This document shows positions 1-11,354 of a DNA stretch of 64,000 bases, piece by piece. Position 1 is the first letter of the stretch; every line of letters begins with the position of its first letter. A program made the translations under genes and the position numbers. The stretch is from Pristiophorus japonicus. Taxonomy: Eukaryota. The notes under the pieces were generated by a model. That model was given only the letters and a program-made list of their open reading frames with translations, made no database searches and had not been told where the DNA came from. The DNA is taken from positions 65,968,001 to 66,032,000 of the forward strand of contig NC_091999.1 in the NCBI RefSeq assembly GCF_044704955.1. Reading direction: 5' to 3'.

Positions 1-836
1 TCCTGCGAAGGATAAGTTAGCCTCGGAAAAATCAATGCCAACCATCGAAGATTTAATTAAAGTACAGGAGGACGCTCCTGAAAAAGAAAAACTGTTGTGG
101 AAAAATTATGGATGTACTTATGACAATGTTTCCAAACTCTGGACCACTCCCGCGGAACAGACTTGCATGTCTGACGAATTGGCTCTATGGGTTATTGAAT
201 GTATGAATGTTTCTACTCATTCTGGAGCAAGGACCACGAGTGACACACTTTTGGCTACTTGGTGGCAACCTCGATTCCAGGCGCTGGCCCAGACATCAGT
301 CGTCGTTGCCTGGTTTGCCAGCAACAAAATCCAGGGAAGAGAGTCCCCTGTAATTGGGGTAAAACGCCCCGACCCGAAGGTCCCTTTCAGACATTTCAGT
401 TGAACTACATTGAGTTGCAAAAAAGTTCATTGTTACAAATATGTGTTAGTAATAGTAGATGTGTTTAGCAGATGGATTGAATCCTACCCTACCCTGGACA
501 ATAAGGCTCAAACTGTTGTTAAGGTGTTAATGAGGGAAATTGTTCCTAGATATGGTATCTCAGCTCGACTGATGACCATCTGTTCTTTTTCTGACTCAGG
601 CTCTGCGACTAGCTCACAATCAGGTTCGAGAGGCTCACCTCGACCTCCCAGTTTTACCCGAATTTTCCCTCGTGGTACCTGGGAAGTATGTCCTGATTAA
701 GAGGTGGATTCGGAAGGGATTGGAGCCACGATGGGAGGGGCCTTTTCAGGTGTTACTCACTACCCTCACTGCAGCCAAGTTTAAGGGGAAAAGTGCCTGG
801 GTTCACCTGCACCACTGCAAGCTCACCACCCTCTAA
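1..836 (+). pseudogene. pol: Endogenous retrovirus pol 3' part (RNaseH-IN linker and integrase), frameshifted, with an internal deletion
   Basis: Across frames: HHCC-type zinc region (STHSG...CLVC), PFQTFQLNYIEL, YVLVIVDVFSRWIESYPT, IVPRYGIS, then a jump to the GPY/F-type C-terminus LEPRWEGPFQVLLTT...WVHLHHCK. Stop TAA at 834-836. Confidence 0.93.
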
Positions 837-858
837 CGAACCTATTTTACTGGTTATT

Positions 859-880
859 CTAACTCCTGTTTCTGTTCCAG
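859..880 (+). promoter_or_regulatory. Probable env splice acceptor
   Basis: CTAAC branch point, pyrimidine tract and CAG (ctaactcctgtttctgttccag) between the pol stop and the env ATG. Confidence 0.65.
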
Positions 881-1066
881 ACTTCCTCTTCTCCATAGCT
901 GAACAAGGCCGTTGGCATCCTAATTGGAACGTGGACCAGTTTGAACTTTTACCCGTAGTGATAGACAGCCAGCTACACCGACGGTGACCTGAGAAGAGAG
1001 ACGGAAAAACTCAACTCTTTTAATCACGAAAATAATTGGACTTTTATCTGAATCCTGAGCCATAAG

Positions 1067-2233
1067 ATGAAACTGTGTCTGTATGCCACAGTCTTTATAA
1101 TAGTGTTGATATATGACAGTTTCGGCGCATGGGAGGGGAGACAGAGCCGAGAGCTCCATGTAAACACCTTTTTGTACATGTCTTATGTTTATGCGCAAAA
1201 TGGGAACTTTTCTAGATGTTGGGTGTATTCACACATCCCTATAAATTCCAAAGGGGAAATTCCTTTGCGCCCCGTTCCACTAACGTGAACTGAGACTGTC
1301 AGATGGATTCAGAGCCAAACTATCACGAGAGGAGGGGGGTCAATACAATTAGTCAGACGTTCCAGGGATTGTACCAACCAACCTACGACCGTGGAAAGGA
1401 ACCCCCATTCGTAGCCCTGAACAATACTTCGGGGATTGGGAGGCCAACCGGGGACATATGTTAAACCCGAAATGACACCAGTAACAAGGGACATATCGTA
1501 GGGTACAGCAGTTGCACACACAGTCTCAACCTCCCCACAGGTGCACGAGTCACCATCCACTCTCACGATCCGAATCCTTGGTTGCCTAGGCGATGGACAG
1601 GTTTCTGCTATCTCGGATATGTGGTGCCATTTGTGCGGCAAGTACGCACCCTGGCGGAAGCACATGCTTCCAGCCGATCACCCCCACCGACCAATTCTTT
1701 GGGGTCTTAATGTTCCCAATTGGGATAAGACGTCTCATCGACGAAGTACAGAACCTAGAGAAGATACTGGAACAGATAGCTAACAATACTGAAGCAGCTC
1801 TGGAGGGCATTACAGCTGAAATGGTAGCAATAAGGATCGTAGCACTACAAAACCGAATGGCCCTCGATTACCTGTTCGCTGAGAAAGGGGAACGTGTGCC
1901 CTGATAGGATCTGAATGTTGCACTTACATTCCTGATTGGTCAGAAAACATAACCAATCTGGCTGATCACATAAGAAGTGAGGTGAAGAAGTTATCCACAC
2001 CAGCAGAATGATCTAGCTGGTTTGATTGGCTATAAGATGGATCTTGGAGATCCTGGCTAATTGTTGGTTGCCTTAACCTTTGTTGTAAAGTAATGATGGC
2101 AAGGTTAGCAAACCCTCTTGTTGTCAAGGGCTCCCGAGTCATGATCCAATGAACGAAAGAACTACTCGACAGTAAGAACAATCTGGATCAGGAAAGAGAA
2201 TGCAAAGGGCTGAATGCGATACTCCTGGAATAG
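1067..2233 (+). pseudogene. env: Gamma-type retroviral envelope pseudogene
   Basis: Signal peptide MKLCLYATVFIIVLIYDSFG; CWVY (decayed CWVC); fusion peptide QFFGVLMFPIGI; heptad region; immunosuppressive domain LQNRMALDYL; CX6CC (CALIGSECC) after a frameshift; several stops. Confidence 0.93.
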
Positions 2234-2257
2234 TCACCAGGGTTATCACGGAATGAT

Positions 2258-2830
2258 AAAAGGGGGGAATGTGAAAGTTTAAAAATGTATAGAGACATTG
2301 AAGTTGAGAACGTGGGAATTGTATAGGGACAGTATAAGCTAACAACGAATTCATGGAGGAATAGCCATGACATCTCAGACTCGAGACTGCGAAATGTTAC
2401 AACACTAACACATATTGAAACAAAACCACAGCTTGCAAAAAAACCTCAAGGTCTTATTAAATCATGTTATTTACCTAAAACATTAACAGAAGGACTTTGT
2501 TTAAAATCAGACCATACTTAGGTCGGCTTATGAGTGGACAAAGAAAAGAGGGATCAAAAGAGATAGGCTGAACTAGGATGTCACTCTAGCCCTATCTTGT
2601 TATCTTTTGCAGAAAATGTATAACCATCGTCCCTTTACAATGTAACGTCATTTTGTCCGTAGGAAGTGGGTGCGTTCTATCAGAGTTGCATTCCTTCTGT
2701 CTGATAAGGTCCCCGATCGGGATTTGCTTTTTAAATAAAAGGTTACTTTGTTTAAAGCACAAATAGTATTCGTTTCAGTAATTTGGCTGAACCAGATTGA
2801 TGTAAAATAATCGACAGTTACATTGCCACA
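2258..2830 (+). mobile_element. Polypurine tract and 3' LTR of the ERV
   Basis: PPT aaaaggggggaa at 2258-2269 followed directly by TGTG at 2270; TATAA near 2619; AATAAA near 2734; ends in CACA near 2830 where CR1 sequence begins. Confidence 0.8.
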
Positions 2831-3500
2831 GCAGGCAGTAGAGAAAGCAAATAGCATGCTGGCCTCCATAGCGAAGGGATTTGATTATAGGAGCAGGGAG
2901 ATTTTACTGCAGTTGTACATGGCCTGGATGAGACCACATCTTGAGTATTGTGTGCAGTTTTGCTCTCCTATTCTGAGAAAGGACATGCTTGCTATTGAAG
3001 GGGTGCAGCGAAGGTTTAGCAGATTGATTGCCGGGATGGCAGGACTTATATCTGAAGAAGGACTGGATCGACGAGGCTTATATTGACTGGAATGTAGAAG
3101 AATGAGAGGGGATCTCATTGAAACATATACAATTCTGATGAGATTGGACAGGTTAGATGCAGGAAAAATGTTCCTGATGTTAAAATCCAGAACCAGGCAT
3201 CACAGTCTAAGGATAAGGGGGAAGCCATTTCGGACCGAGATGAGTAGATACTTCTCTGTATCAGAGAATTGTGAACCTGTGGAATTCACTACCACAGAAA
3301 GTTGTTGAGGCCAGTTTGTTAGATATATTCAAATGGGAGTTAGTTGTGGCCCTTATGGCTAAAGGGATCAAGGTATCGGGAGAGAAAGCATGAATCGGGT
3401 ACTGAAGTTGCGTTATCAGCCATGATCATATTGAATATTAGTGCAGGCTCAAAGGGCCGAATAGCCTACTCCGGCAACTACTTTCTATGTTTCTATGTTT
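2830..3500 (+). mobile_element. CR1 LINE 3' fragment (apparent host site of the ERV)
   Basis: RPHLEYCVQFCSP and RMRGDLIETY motifs, 3'UTR hairpin and (tttctatg)n tail. Confidence 0.92.
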
Positions 3501-3620
3501 ATCAGTCACTGGGAAAGTAATCGCTAGAATCCTCATGAACTCTCTTCTCCCTGTGGCTGAGGAGTTCCTCCCGGAGTCACAGTGCGCATTTCGTCCTCCA
3601 ATGGGTATGACAGATATGAG
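3500..3620 (+). mobile_element. RTE LINE RT fragment
   Basis: LSVTGKVIARILMNSLLPVAEEFLPESQCAFRP; same family as 28900-32953. Confidence 0.8.
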
Positions 3621-4290
3621 TAGGTACACAGTAAGGATCCCAATACACTGTCCCATCAAACTCTCCCAGGGCAGGTATAATATGGACTAAATACAGACCA
3701 AAGCTTCCGCTATACTGTTCCCCGGGCAAGTGCAGTACAGACACAGAGTACATCTCCCTCTAACTTCCCAGCCATTCCAGGGCAGATACAGCATTCATTA
3801 GATATTGAGGAGGTCTCCCTCTATAATGTTGAACCGTACATTCCCAGGGCAGGTTCAACACGGGTTTGTTACGGAGGAAAGTTTCCACTACACTGATCTC
3901 TCAAACGCTCCCATCACAGGTACAGCACTGGTTAGATACAGCGTAAAACTCACTCTACACTGTCTATCGAACATTCCTGGGGCACGTACAGCATTGGGTA
4001 CAAACAGAGTAACGTCCGCTCTACACTGTCCCAGCAAACATTCCCAGGGTAAGTACACAAATGATAAATACAGAGTAAATTCCCTCTACACTGTCCTATC
4101 AGCCACTCCACGGCAGGTTCAGAAATGGTTTTAATGCAGAGTAAATATCCTTCTGCATTGTCCAATTAATCATTCCCAGCGTAGGTAAAGCACGGGTTAG
4201 ATACAGAGTAAATCCCCCTCTCCATTGTCCCATCAAACACAACCTCTATCCCATCAAAAACTGCCAGGGAAGGTCCAACACGGGTTAGAT
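3620..4290 (+). repeat. 67-68 bp tandem repeat, about 10 diverged copies
   Basis: Unit gttagatacagagtaaagctccctctacactgtcccatcaaacactcccagggcaggtacagcacgg. Confidence 0.9.
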
Positions 4291-4299
4291 AGAAATGTT

Positions 4300-4860
4300 T
4301 AGGCTGAATGTTCTAGTATTGGGGCCTGGGCAACAGAAAGCACAGCCACCAATGACACCAATGGTTGAAAAATTATAATTAGGAATACTCAGAAAGACTG
4401 ATATCTCATGGGCGGGAGGGGCGGGGGTGGGGGTGTTGCGGGGGGCAGTGTGAGCGGGAATTTTGAAGTCAAGGCTTTGCTTCACTGGAAGCTATTGTAG
4501 GTCAGCGAGCACAGGGTGATGGGTGAGCTGGAATTGTTGCGAGTTCGGACATGGGCTGCCGAGTTTTGTAACACTCTAGTTTATGTAGGTCAGAATGTGG
4601 GAGGAGTGCATTGAAATAGTCAAGTCCAGAAGAAAAAAAAGCATGGATGAGGGCTTCAGCAGTGGATGAGCTGAGGCATGAGCGGTGATGGGCGATGTTA
4701 CATAGTTGGAAATGGGCATTCTTAGTTATGCTGTGGATATGTGTTCAAAACATTATTTCAGGTTATGTATGACACCAAGGTTGCGAACAGTCTGGTTCAG
4801 GCTCAGACTGAAGTTGGGGAGAGGGATGGTGTCGGTGGCTTGGGAACTGATTTTGTGGCA
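4300..4860 (-). mobile_element. L2-clade LINE 3' fragment
   Basis: Homologous to 51725-52485, which encodes an L2-type RT C-terminus. Confidence 0.75.
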
Positions 4861-5099
4861 ATGACAATTACAAATATCAGAATATTTCACAGTCTATCAC
4901 TTGCAAAATGTGTGGATGAGTTTTTAATATTCAATCGGTTTCAAAAACGGGTTAACTGTTATAGAAAGTAACGAGTTTCAAATCTTATGCAAAACAGTTC
5001 AATAAAGAGGTGGCTTTAAACGATTTCAGCTGAGTTTTAAGTGAGACACTGAGTTCAGTCTACTATGAGCACAACTCATGTATGCAAATGGAATAAGTT

Positions 5100-6380
5100 T
5101 GGGGTTTTATATAATAGAAAGCTAACGAGGTGAGAAGTGATATAAGTTAGCTTAAGAAAAAGCCCTAAAAGGAAACAATCCACAACAGAACATCAATTAT
5201 TCTCCTCTGATCATGGAGGAATCAAATATTCAACAAACTGTGTTTGAAACAAAGATAATTTATTCAACATTTATAGAGGGTATTAATCTCCAGCTTTACA
5301 ATCTATATTAACGACTTGGGAAAAGGGACTGAGTGTAATGTAGCCAAGTTTGCTGATGATACAAAGATCGAAGGAAAAGCAATATGTGAGGAGGACACAG
5401 CAAATCTGCAAAAGGACATAGACAGGCTAATTGAGTGAGCAAAAATTTGGCAGATGGACTATAATGTCGGAAAGTGTGAGGTCATGGACTTTGATAGAAA
5501 AAAAGCAAAGAGCAACATATTATTTAAATGGCAAAAGATTGCAAAGTACAGCAGTACGGTGGGATCTGGGGGTACCTGTGCATGAAACGCAACAGGATAG
5601 TACGCAGGTACTGCACATGATCAGAAAGGCCAATGGTATCTTGTCCTTTATTGCAAAAGGGATGGGATATAAAAGCAGGGAAGTCTTGCTACAGCTATAT
5701 GTGAGGCCACTCCTGGAATACTGCGTGCAGTTTTGCTTTCCATATTTATGAAAGGATATACTTGTTTTGGAGGAAGTTCAGAGAAGGTTCACTCGGTTGA
5801 TGCTGGGTATGAGGGGTTTGACTTATGAAGAACGATTAAGTAGGTTGGGCCTATGCTCACTGGAATTCAGAAGAATGAAAGGTGATCTTATCAAAACGTA
5901 TAAGATTATGAGGGGGCTTGATAAGCTGGATGCAGAAAGGATGTTTCCACTGATAATGGAAAGTCTAGAATTTGAGGGCAAGATCTTAAAATAAAGGGCC
6001 GCCCATTTACAACAGAGATGAGGAGCAATTTCGTCTCTCAGATGGTTGTAAATCTATGGACTTCATTGCCTCAGAGAGCTGTGGAAGCTGGAGCATTGAA
6101 TAAATTTAAGACAGAAATATACAGTTTCTTAAACGATATGGGGATATGGGGGTATGGGGAGCGGGCGGGGAAGTGGAGCTGAGTCCATGATCAGATCAGC
6201 CATGATCTTCTTGAATGGCGGAGCAGGCTCGAGGGGCCGTATGACCTACTCCTGTTGCTATTCCTTATGTTGTTATGTTCAGGTATAGGGGTTATAAGAT
6301 CACCAGCAACAAACAAGAGCTGTCAGAATGAACATTCAGTGCCCAATGCAATCACAGTAAATCGAGTTCGTTTCACAAAT
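5100..6380 (-). pseudogene. Isolated minus-strand ZNF 3'UTR remnant, split by a CR1
   Basis: The reverse complement of 6280-6360 joined to 5280-5294 matches the ZNF 3'UTR at 8680-8765. Minus-strand AATAAA near 5267. Paralogous to 24140-24280 plus 28137-28260. Confidence 0.7.
5295..6279 (+). mobile_element. 5'-truncated CR1 LINE
   Basis: KFADDTK and RPLLEYCVQF motifs, 3' tail. The paralogous empty site (ccagc|gcaggtat) is near 28157. Confidence 0.93.
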
Positions 6381-6399
6381 GCAGCCTTTCTCCTCAGCC

Positions 6400-6657
6400 T
6401 ATTTAAAACTGAGATGAGGAGGAATTTCTTCACTTGGAGGGTTGTAAATCTGTGGGATTCTCTGCACCAGAGAGCAGTGGAGTCTGGATCATTGAATATC
6501 CATGATTTTTGAGCGATAAGGGAATAAAGGGTTCTGGGGAGCGGACAGGGAAGTGGATCTCAGTCTATGATCAGACCAGTCATGATCTTATTGAATGGGG
6601 AGCAGGCTCGGGGGTTCGGGTAGCACGCTCGTGCTCCGATTTCTCATGGTCTTATGT
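6400..6657 (+). mobile_element. Short CR1 3' end
   Basis: FKTEMRRNFFTWRVVNLWDSL plus 3'UTR; absent from the paralog near 28285. Confidence 0.88.
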
Positions 6658-7065
6658 ACCCAGCATGCCCCACGGTGGAGAATGTGCCGCACCCAGACTA
6701 CATGTGCTCAGTGTGCAGGCGCGGTTTCTGGCTGTGTTTGGAGCATGCGCGGTGCGTGTAATGGCGGAAAAGACACGTTTTGTACAGGCTCCTCAGAAGT
6801 GGTCTTTTCAGCGGGATGGAGCAGAGTAATCACCAGCGGGTAGCCGGGGAGGCTGCATGAACAACCGGTGCACGCTGCAACCCCGGAATAATAAACGGAT
6901 TTTCTGTGGTGGCAGCTTCGGGGCTTTCTCCGGTCACAGGCCCAGGCTAACGGCGGCCATCTTGGTGCAGGAAGGCATGTTCACGCCGCCATTTTGATTC
7001 ACTGAGTCGCACAGCACTTGCGTGGCGATCTTTGTACAGGAACAAAGTGAATGATGTCATTGTCT
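6657..7065 (+). promoter_or_regulatory. CpG-rich ZNF promoter module, copy A
   Basis: ZNF143/Staf-like TACCCAGCATGCCCCACG at 6657-6674; YY1 motifs GCCATCTT (6956) and CGCCATTTT (6987); paralogs at 28288-28690 and 41320-41740. Confidence 0.7.
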
Positions 7066-7560
7066 GGAACTGAACCCAGCCAGAGTCAAGACTTTCAAGG
7101 GAGAGAAACCAGTGAGTGTAGAACTGAACCCAGCCAGAGTCAATACCTTCAGGGGAGGGGAACGAACTGAGTGTTGAACTGAACCCAGCAGGAGTCAGTA
7201 CCTTCAGGGGAGGGGAACAAGTGAGTGTAGAACTGAACCCAGCCAGAGTCAGTACCTTCAGGGGAGGGGAACCAGTGAGTGTAGAACTGAACCCAGCCAG
7301 AGTCAGTACCTTCAGTGTTGGGGAAGGAGGGGAGGGACGGAGGGCACCCAGTGATTGTAGAAATGACCCCAGCCAGAGACAGTACCATCAGGGGAGCAGA
7401 GGTAGGGGAACCAGTGAGTGCGGAACTGAAAACAGCCAGACTCAGCATCTTCAGGGGAGGTGGGGAACCAGTGAATGTCACCCTGAACGCAGCCACAGTC
7501 AGAACGTTCAGGGGATGAGAGGGACGGGAACCAGTAAGTGTAGAACTGAACCCAACCAGA
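7066..7560 (+). repeat. VNTR with 54-78 bp variable units carrying GTGAGT/GTAAGT
   Basis: Core gggaaccagtgagtgtagaactgaacccagccagagtcagcaccttcagggga; about 8-9 copies. Confidence 0.9.
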
Positions 7561-7771
7561 ATTGGTGGTGAAAACTTGGAGTGGAGCAGAAACAGTCTAG
7601 AAATGTGTGTTGATTTGGATTTCAGCACAGCAGGAGGGATAATGTGTGGGACAGGGATTTCCAGCTTTGGATGAAAAAGAGAGGAAAGAATGTTCCATGG
7701 AAACTAGATGTCTCTATCCTGAATTTGTGTCTTGTACTGAGAGTGATGAGTTTTGTTATCTCCTTTTACAG

Positions 7772-8636
7772 CGTATTAGAAGGGGAGATTTTCAGACAGG
7801 AATCACCAACCAAACATCGCATCAAGATCTGACAGAGTCAATCGATTCATCAGGACTTGAATATCATCGGCCTTTGAAAGTGGAAGGAGAAAATTTATCT
7901 GTTTGTCTGAACGAAAAGATTTCAATTATCAGTGTGACTGAAAAATCAGTGAGAAACAGACACCCGAGTGAGTGTTCCAGTGCACTGCCCGTGGAAAGAG
8001 TTTTAACCAGTTACACAGCCTGAAGAAACATCACACAATTCATAGCGCTGAGAAACTGTAAACGTGTTGTGTGTGGAAGAGGCTTTAACTGATCGTCCAA
8101 CCATGGACAGTCACAAGGATACCTGCACCATACAGAAACCGTGGGAATGTGGTGACTGTGGGAAGGTATTCAGATCACCATCTGAGCTGAAAATTCATCA
8201 ACGCAGTCACACTATGGAGAGGCCGTTCACCTCCGCTATGTGTGGGAAGGGTTTCACTCATTCATCCAACCTTGTAGCTCACCAGCGAGTTCACACAGGA
8301 TAGAGGCCATTCACCTGTTCTGATTATGGGAAGGGATTCACTCAGTCATCCACGCTGCTGACACAGCAGCGAGTTCACACTCGGGAGCGTTCGTTCACCT
8401 GCTATGAGTGTGAGAAGGGATTCACTTGTTCATCCCACCTGCTGAAACACCAGATAGTTCACACTGGGAAGAGACCATTCACCTGCTCTGAGTGTGGGAA
8501 GGGATTCACTCAATCATCCATCCTACTGACACACCAGCGAGTTCGCAATGGGGTGAGGCCATTCACCTGCTCTGAGTGTGGGAAGAGATTCACACAGTCA
8601 TCCCACCTGCTGACATACCAGCGAGTTCACAATTGA
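7772..8636 (+). pseudogene. C2H2 zinc-finger pseudogene (6 main fingers plus degenerate upstream fingers)
   Basis: Acceptor ttttacAG at 7770-7771; ATG 8103; HTGERPF-type linkers; in-frame TAG at 8301; four of six fingers lack a zinc ligand; TGA at 8634-8636. Confidence 0.92.
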
Positions 8637-9140
8637 CTGCAGGGATTGGATTCTGCTGTTATTGAGGCTGTTAATCACATCTCGACTGAACCATGTTCAT
8701 TCTGACAGTTGGGGGTTGTTTCTGCTGATGTTAATATCCCTATAACTGGGCTGGACTTTAATATTCTGCTTATATTGCTGATTTTGTTCTCGGGGCTGCA
8801 GTGTCCTTTAAGAAACACTGTGGGTTATATTAACCCTTAATTCAGCAACTCTCAACAGAAATTTAGTTTACAATAAAATGGTGAACCTTTACTTTAATCC
8901 TACATTGATCTTTGGTACAAAATCTACAATATTGTGTGAAAGTTTCCACTGAATATAATCTCCAATTAGAAAGAGCTTGCTGACAATTCTTACTGACTTG
9001 CACATTACATAGAGTGGCCCCTCTATTATTCACCAGAAAGAAGGGGAATAGGAATTGATGGGGAATCAGTGTTCCCGAACGTTGTCCTTCCCGTGTGGTG
9101 TTGCAATCCCCTCGGCATGAGAATGCAGTCAAGTCCAGTC
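8637..9140 (+). other. Conserved ZNF 3'UTR and downstream block with AATAAA near 8872
   Basis: Paralogous to 43250-43720 and, inverted, to 56960-57260. Confidence 0.75.
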
Positions 9141-10625
9141 CAAAACTGCGCGCAATAATCCAGCTGTGGTCTTACCAAAGCCCTGTACAGTTGTAGAAGG
9201 ACATCCCTTCTTTTATACTCTATCCCCGTTGCAATAAAGGCCAGCATTCCATTTGCCTTCCTGATTATTGCTCTACCTGCAAGCTAACTTTTTGAGTTTC
9301 ATGTACAAGAATCCCCAGATCTCTCTGTATAACAGCATTTTATAATCGTCCACATCTAAATAATAATTTGCTTTTTTTCCCTACCAAAGGAAATAACCTG
9401 ACATTTTACCACATTATAGTCCATCTGCCAGATTTTTCCCCACTCACTGAGCCTATCTATATCCCTTTGTAGATTTGTTGCGTCCTCCTCACAACTTGCT
9501 TTCCCATCTATCGTTGTACCATCAGCAAATTTGACTGCATTGCTCTCTGTCCCTTCATCCAAGTCATAAATGTAATTTGTAAATAGTTGAGGCCGCAGCA
9601 CTGATCCCTGTGGCACCCCACTAGTTACAGTTTGGCAACCTAAAATTGACCCATTTATTCCGAAACTCTGTTTTCTGTTGGTTCGGCAATCCTCTGTCCA
9701 TGCTGATATATTACCCCCAACCCCGTGAGCTCTTAGCATGTGCAGTAACCTTTTGTGTGGCACCTTTTCCAATGCTTTCTGGAAAACCAAATATACAACA
9801 GCAATTGGTTCTCCCTTTTCCACTCTGCTCGTTACGTCCTCAAACATCTACAGCAAATTTATCAAACATGATTTCCCTTTCATAAAAGCATGCTAACTCT
9901 GCCTAACTGCAGTATGATTTTCGAATTGTCCTGCTAGTACTTCCTGAATGATGGACTCGAGTATTTTCCCACTGACAAATGGTAGGCTTACTGATGTATA
10001 GTTTCCTTCTGTCTATCTCCCTCCTTACTTGAATAGGCATGTAGTTGCAGTTTTCAAGTCCACTGGGAACTCTCCAGAATTCAGGGCATTTTGGTAGATT
10101 GCAACCAATGCATGCACTATCTCTGCTACCAATTCTTTTAAGACCTTAGGATGCATGCCAGCAGCTCCAGAGGACCTGTTCACCTTTAATGACATTAGTT
10201 TGATTAGCACTTTATCTATCGTGATAATGATTGATTGAAGTCATCCCCCCACTCCCCCTCCACAATAGCTCCTTGGTTATCAACTGTTGGGAAGTTTTTA
10301 GTGTCCTTTACCGTGAAGCCCAATACAAAATATTCATTCAAAATCTCTGCCATTTCCATGTTTCCCATTAGTAATTCTCCAATGTCATCCTCTAAGTGAA
10401 CAATGTTCACTTTAGATACTCATTTACTTTTTATATCCCGATCGAAGCTCTTACTGTCTGTTGTTATAATTCTTGCTAATTTGCTCTCATCTGCTATCTT
10501 CTATGTCTTTTTCATTTTTTAGTCGTCCTTTGCTAGTTTCTAAAATTTCCCAATCCTCTGGCCTTCCACTGTCCTTGACAACATTATATGCCTTTTTTCC
10601 AAATTGATACCATCCTTTACTTCCA
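9140..10625 (-). mobile_element. CR1 LINE internal fragment
   Basis: [27 protein letters not shown] and KFADGT motifs; same insertion point as 43720-45340. Confidence 0.93.
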
Positions 10626-10829
10626 TGACGACCCTTGTTGCACACGTGATTGACCAGGACACGAGAAGTGTGGTTGGTTCACAACGACAGGGTTTCATCT
10701 GTTTCAACAGAAACTACTACACTGTGTTTTTTCCTGAAATAATCCCCGCTCTCTGACCTGAATGAATCCATGCCACTACCAAATGCAGCAATGTTTGTTC
10801 CACCCCACAGAGGTTCATCTGTTTAAAGC

Positions 10830-11350
10830 CACGACAGAACTGCCCCGTTTCCTCCTGGAGTTTGAGGGACATCAACTTTAACAATGGGGCAGAGTTTCAG
10901 CCAATGAGCGAGAACCAGACCCAGCCCCGCCCACTCGGGGCTACAAGCCCCACCCCTCGCACACTCTGATTGGTTGGAGGAACAACCGCCTGCCTGGTCC
11001 TCCAGCCGCGCCCCCACTCTCCCTATTGGTCGGGAGCTGCCGTCAATCAGCCGGGCAGTGAGAGCTGGGCATGCACAGTGGGTGAGTCAGCAAATGAGAG
11101 ATGGGCGGAGGGAGGGAACGGGTTAATAAAGGACGCGCTTATTTGTACTGCCAAAATGGCCGTCACTCGACAGCCTTTATCTATGATTGGTCCCTTGGAG
11201 CTTAAGCCACACCCTGAGATTTCACTGGAATCTGTAACTGGAACCGCCCATCCCAAAGTCTCAATGACTTTGCAAATTTTAACTCAATCCACTTTGACTT
11301 CCTGAAGCGACAGAGGACAGAGCTTCCCATAAGATAGCAAGGGCCAGCCA
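10830..11350. promoter_or_regulatory. CCAAT/GC-box-rich promoter-like region
   Basis: About five CCAAT/ATTGG boxes (near 10901, 10969, 11024, 11185, 11347), CCCCGCCC, YY1-like AAAATGGCC near 11153, CpG-rich. Confidence 0.6.
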
Positions 11351-11354
11351 ATGT

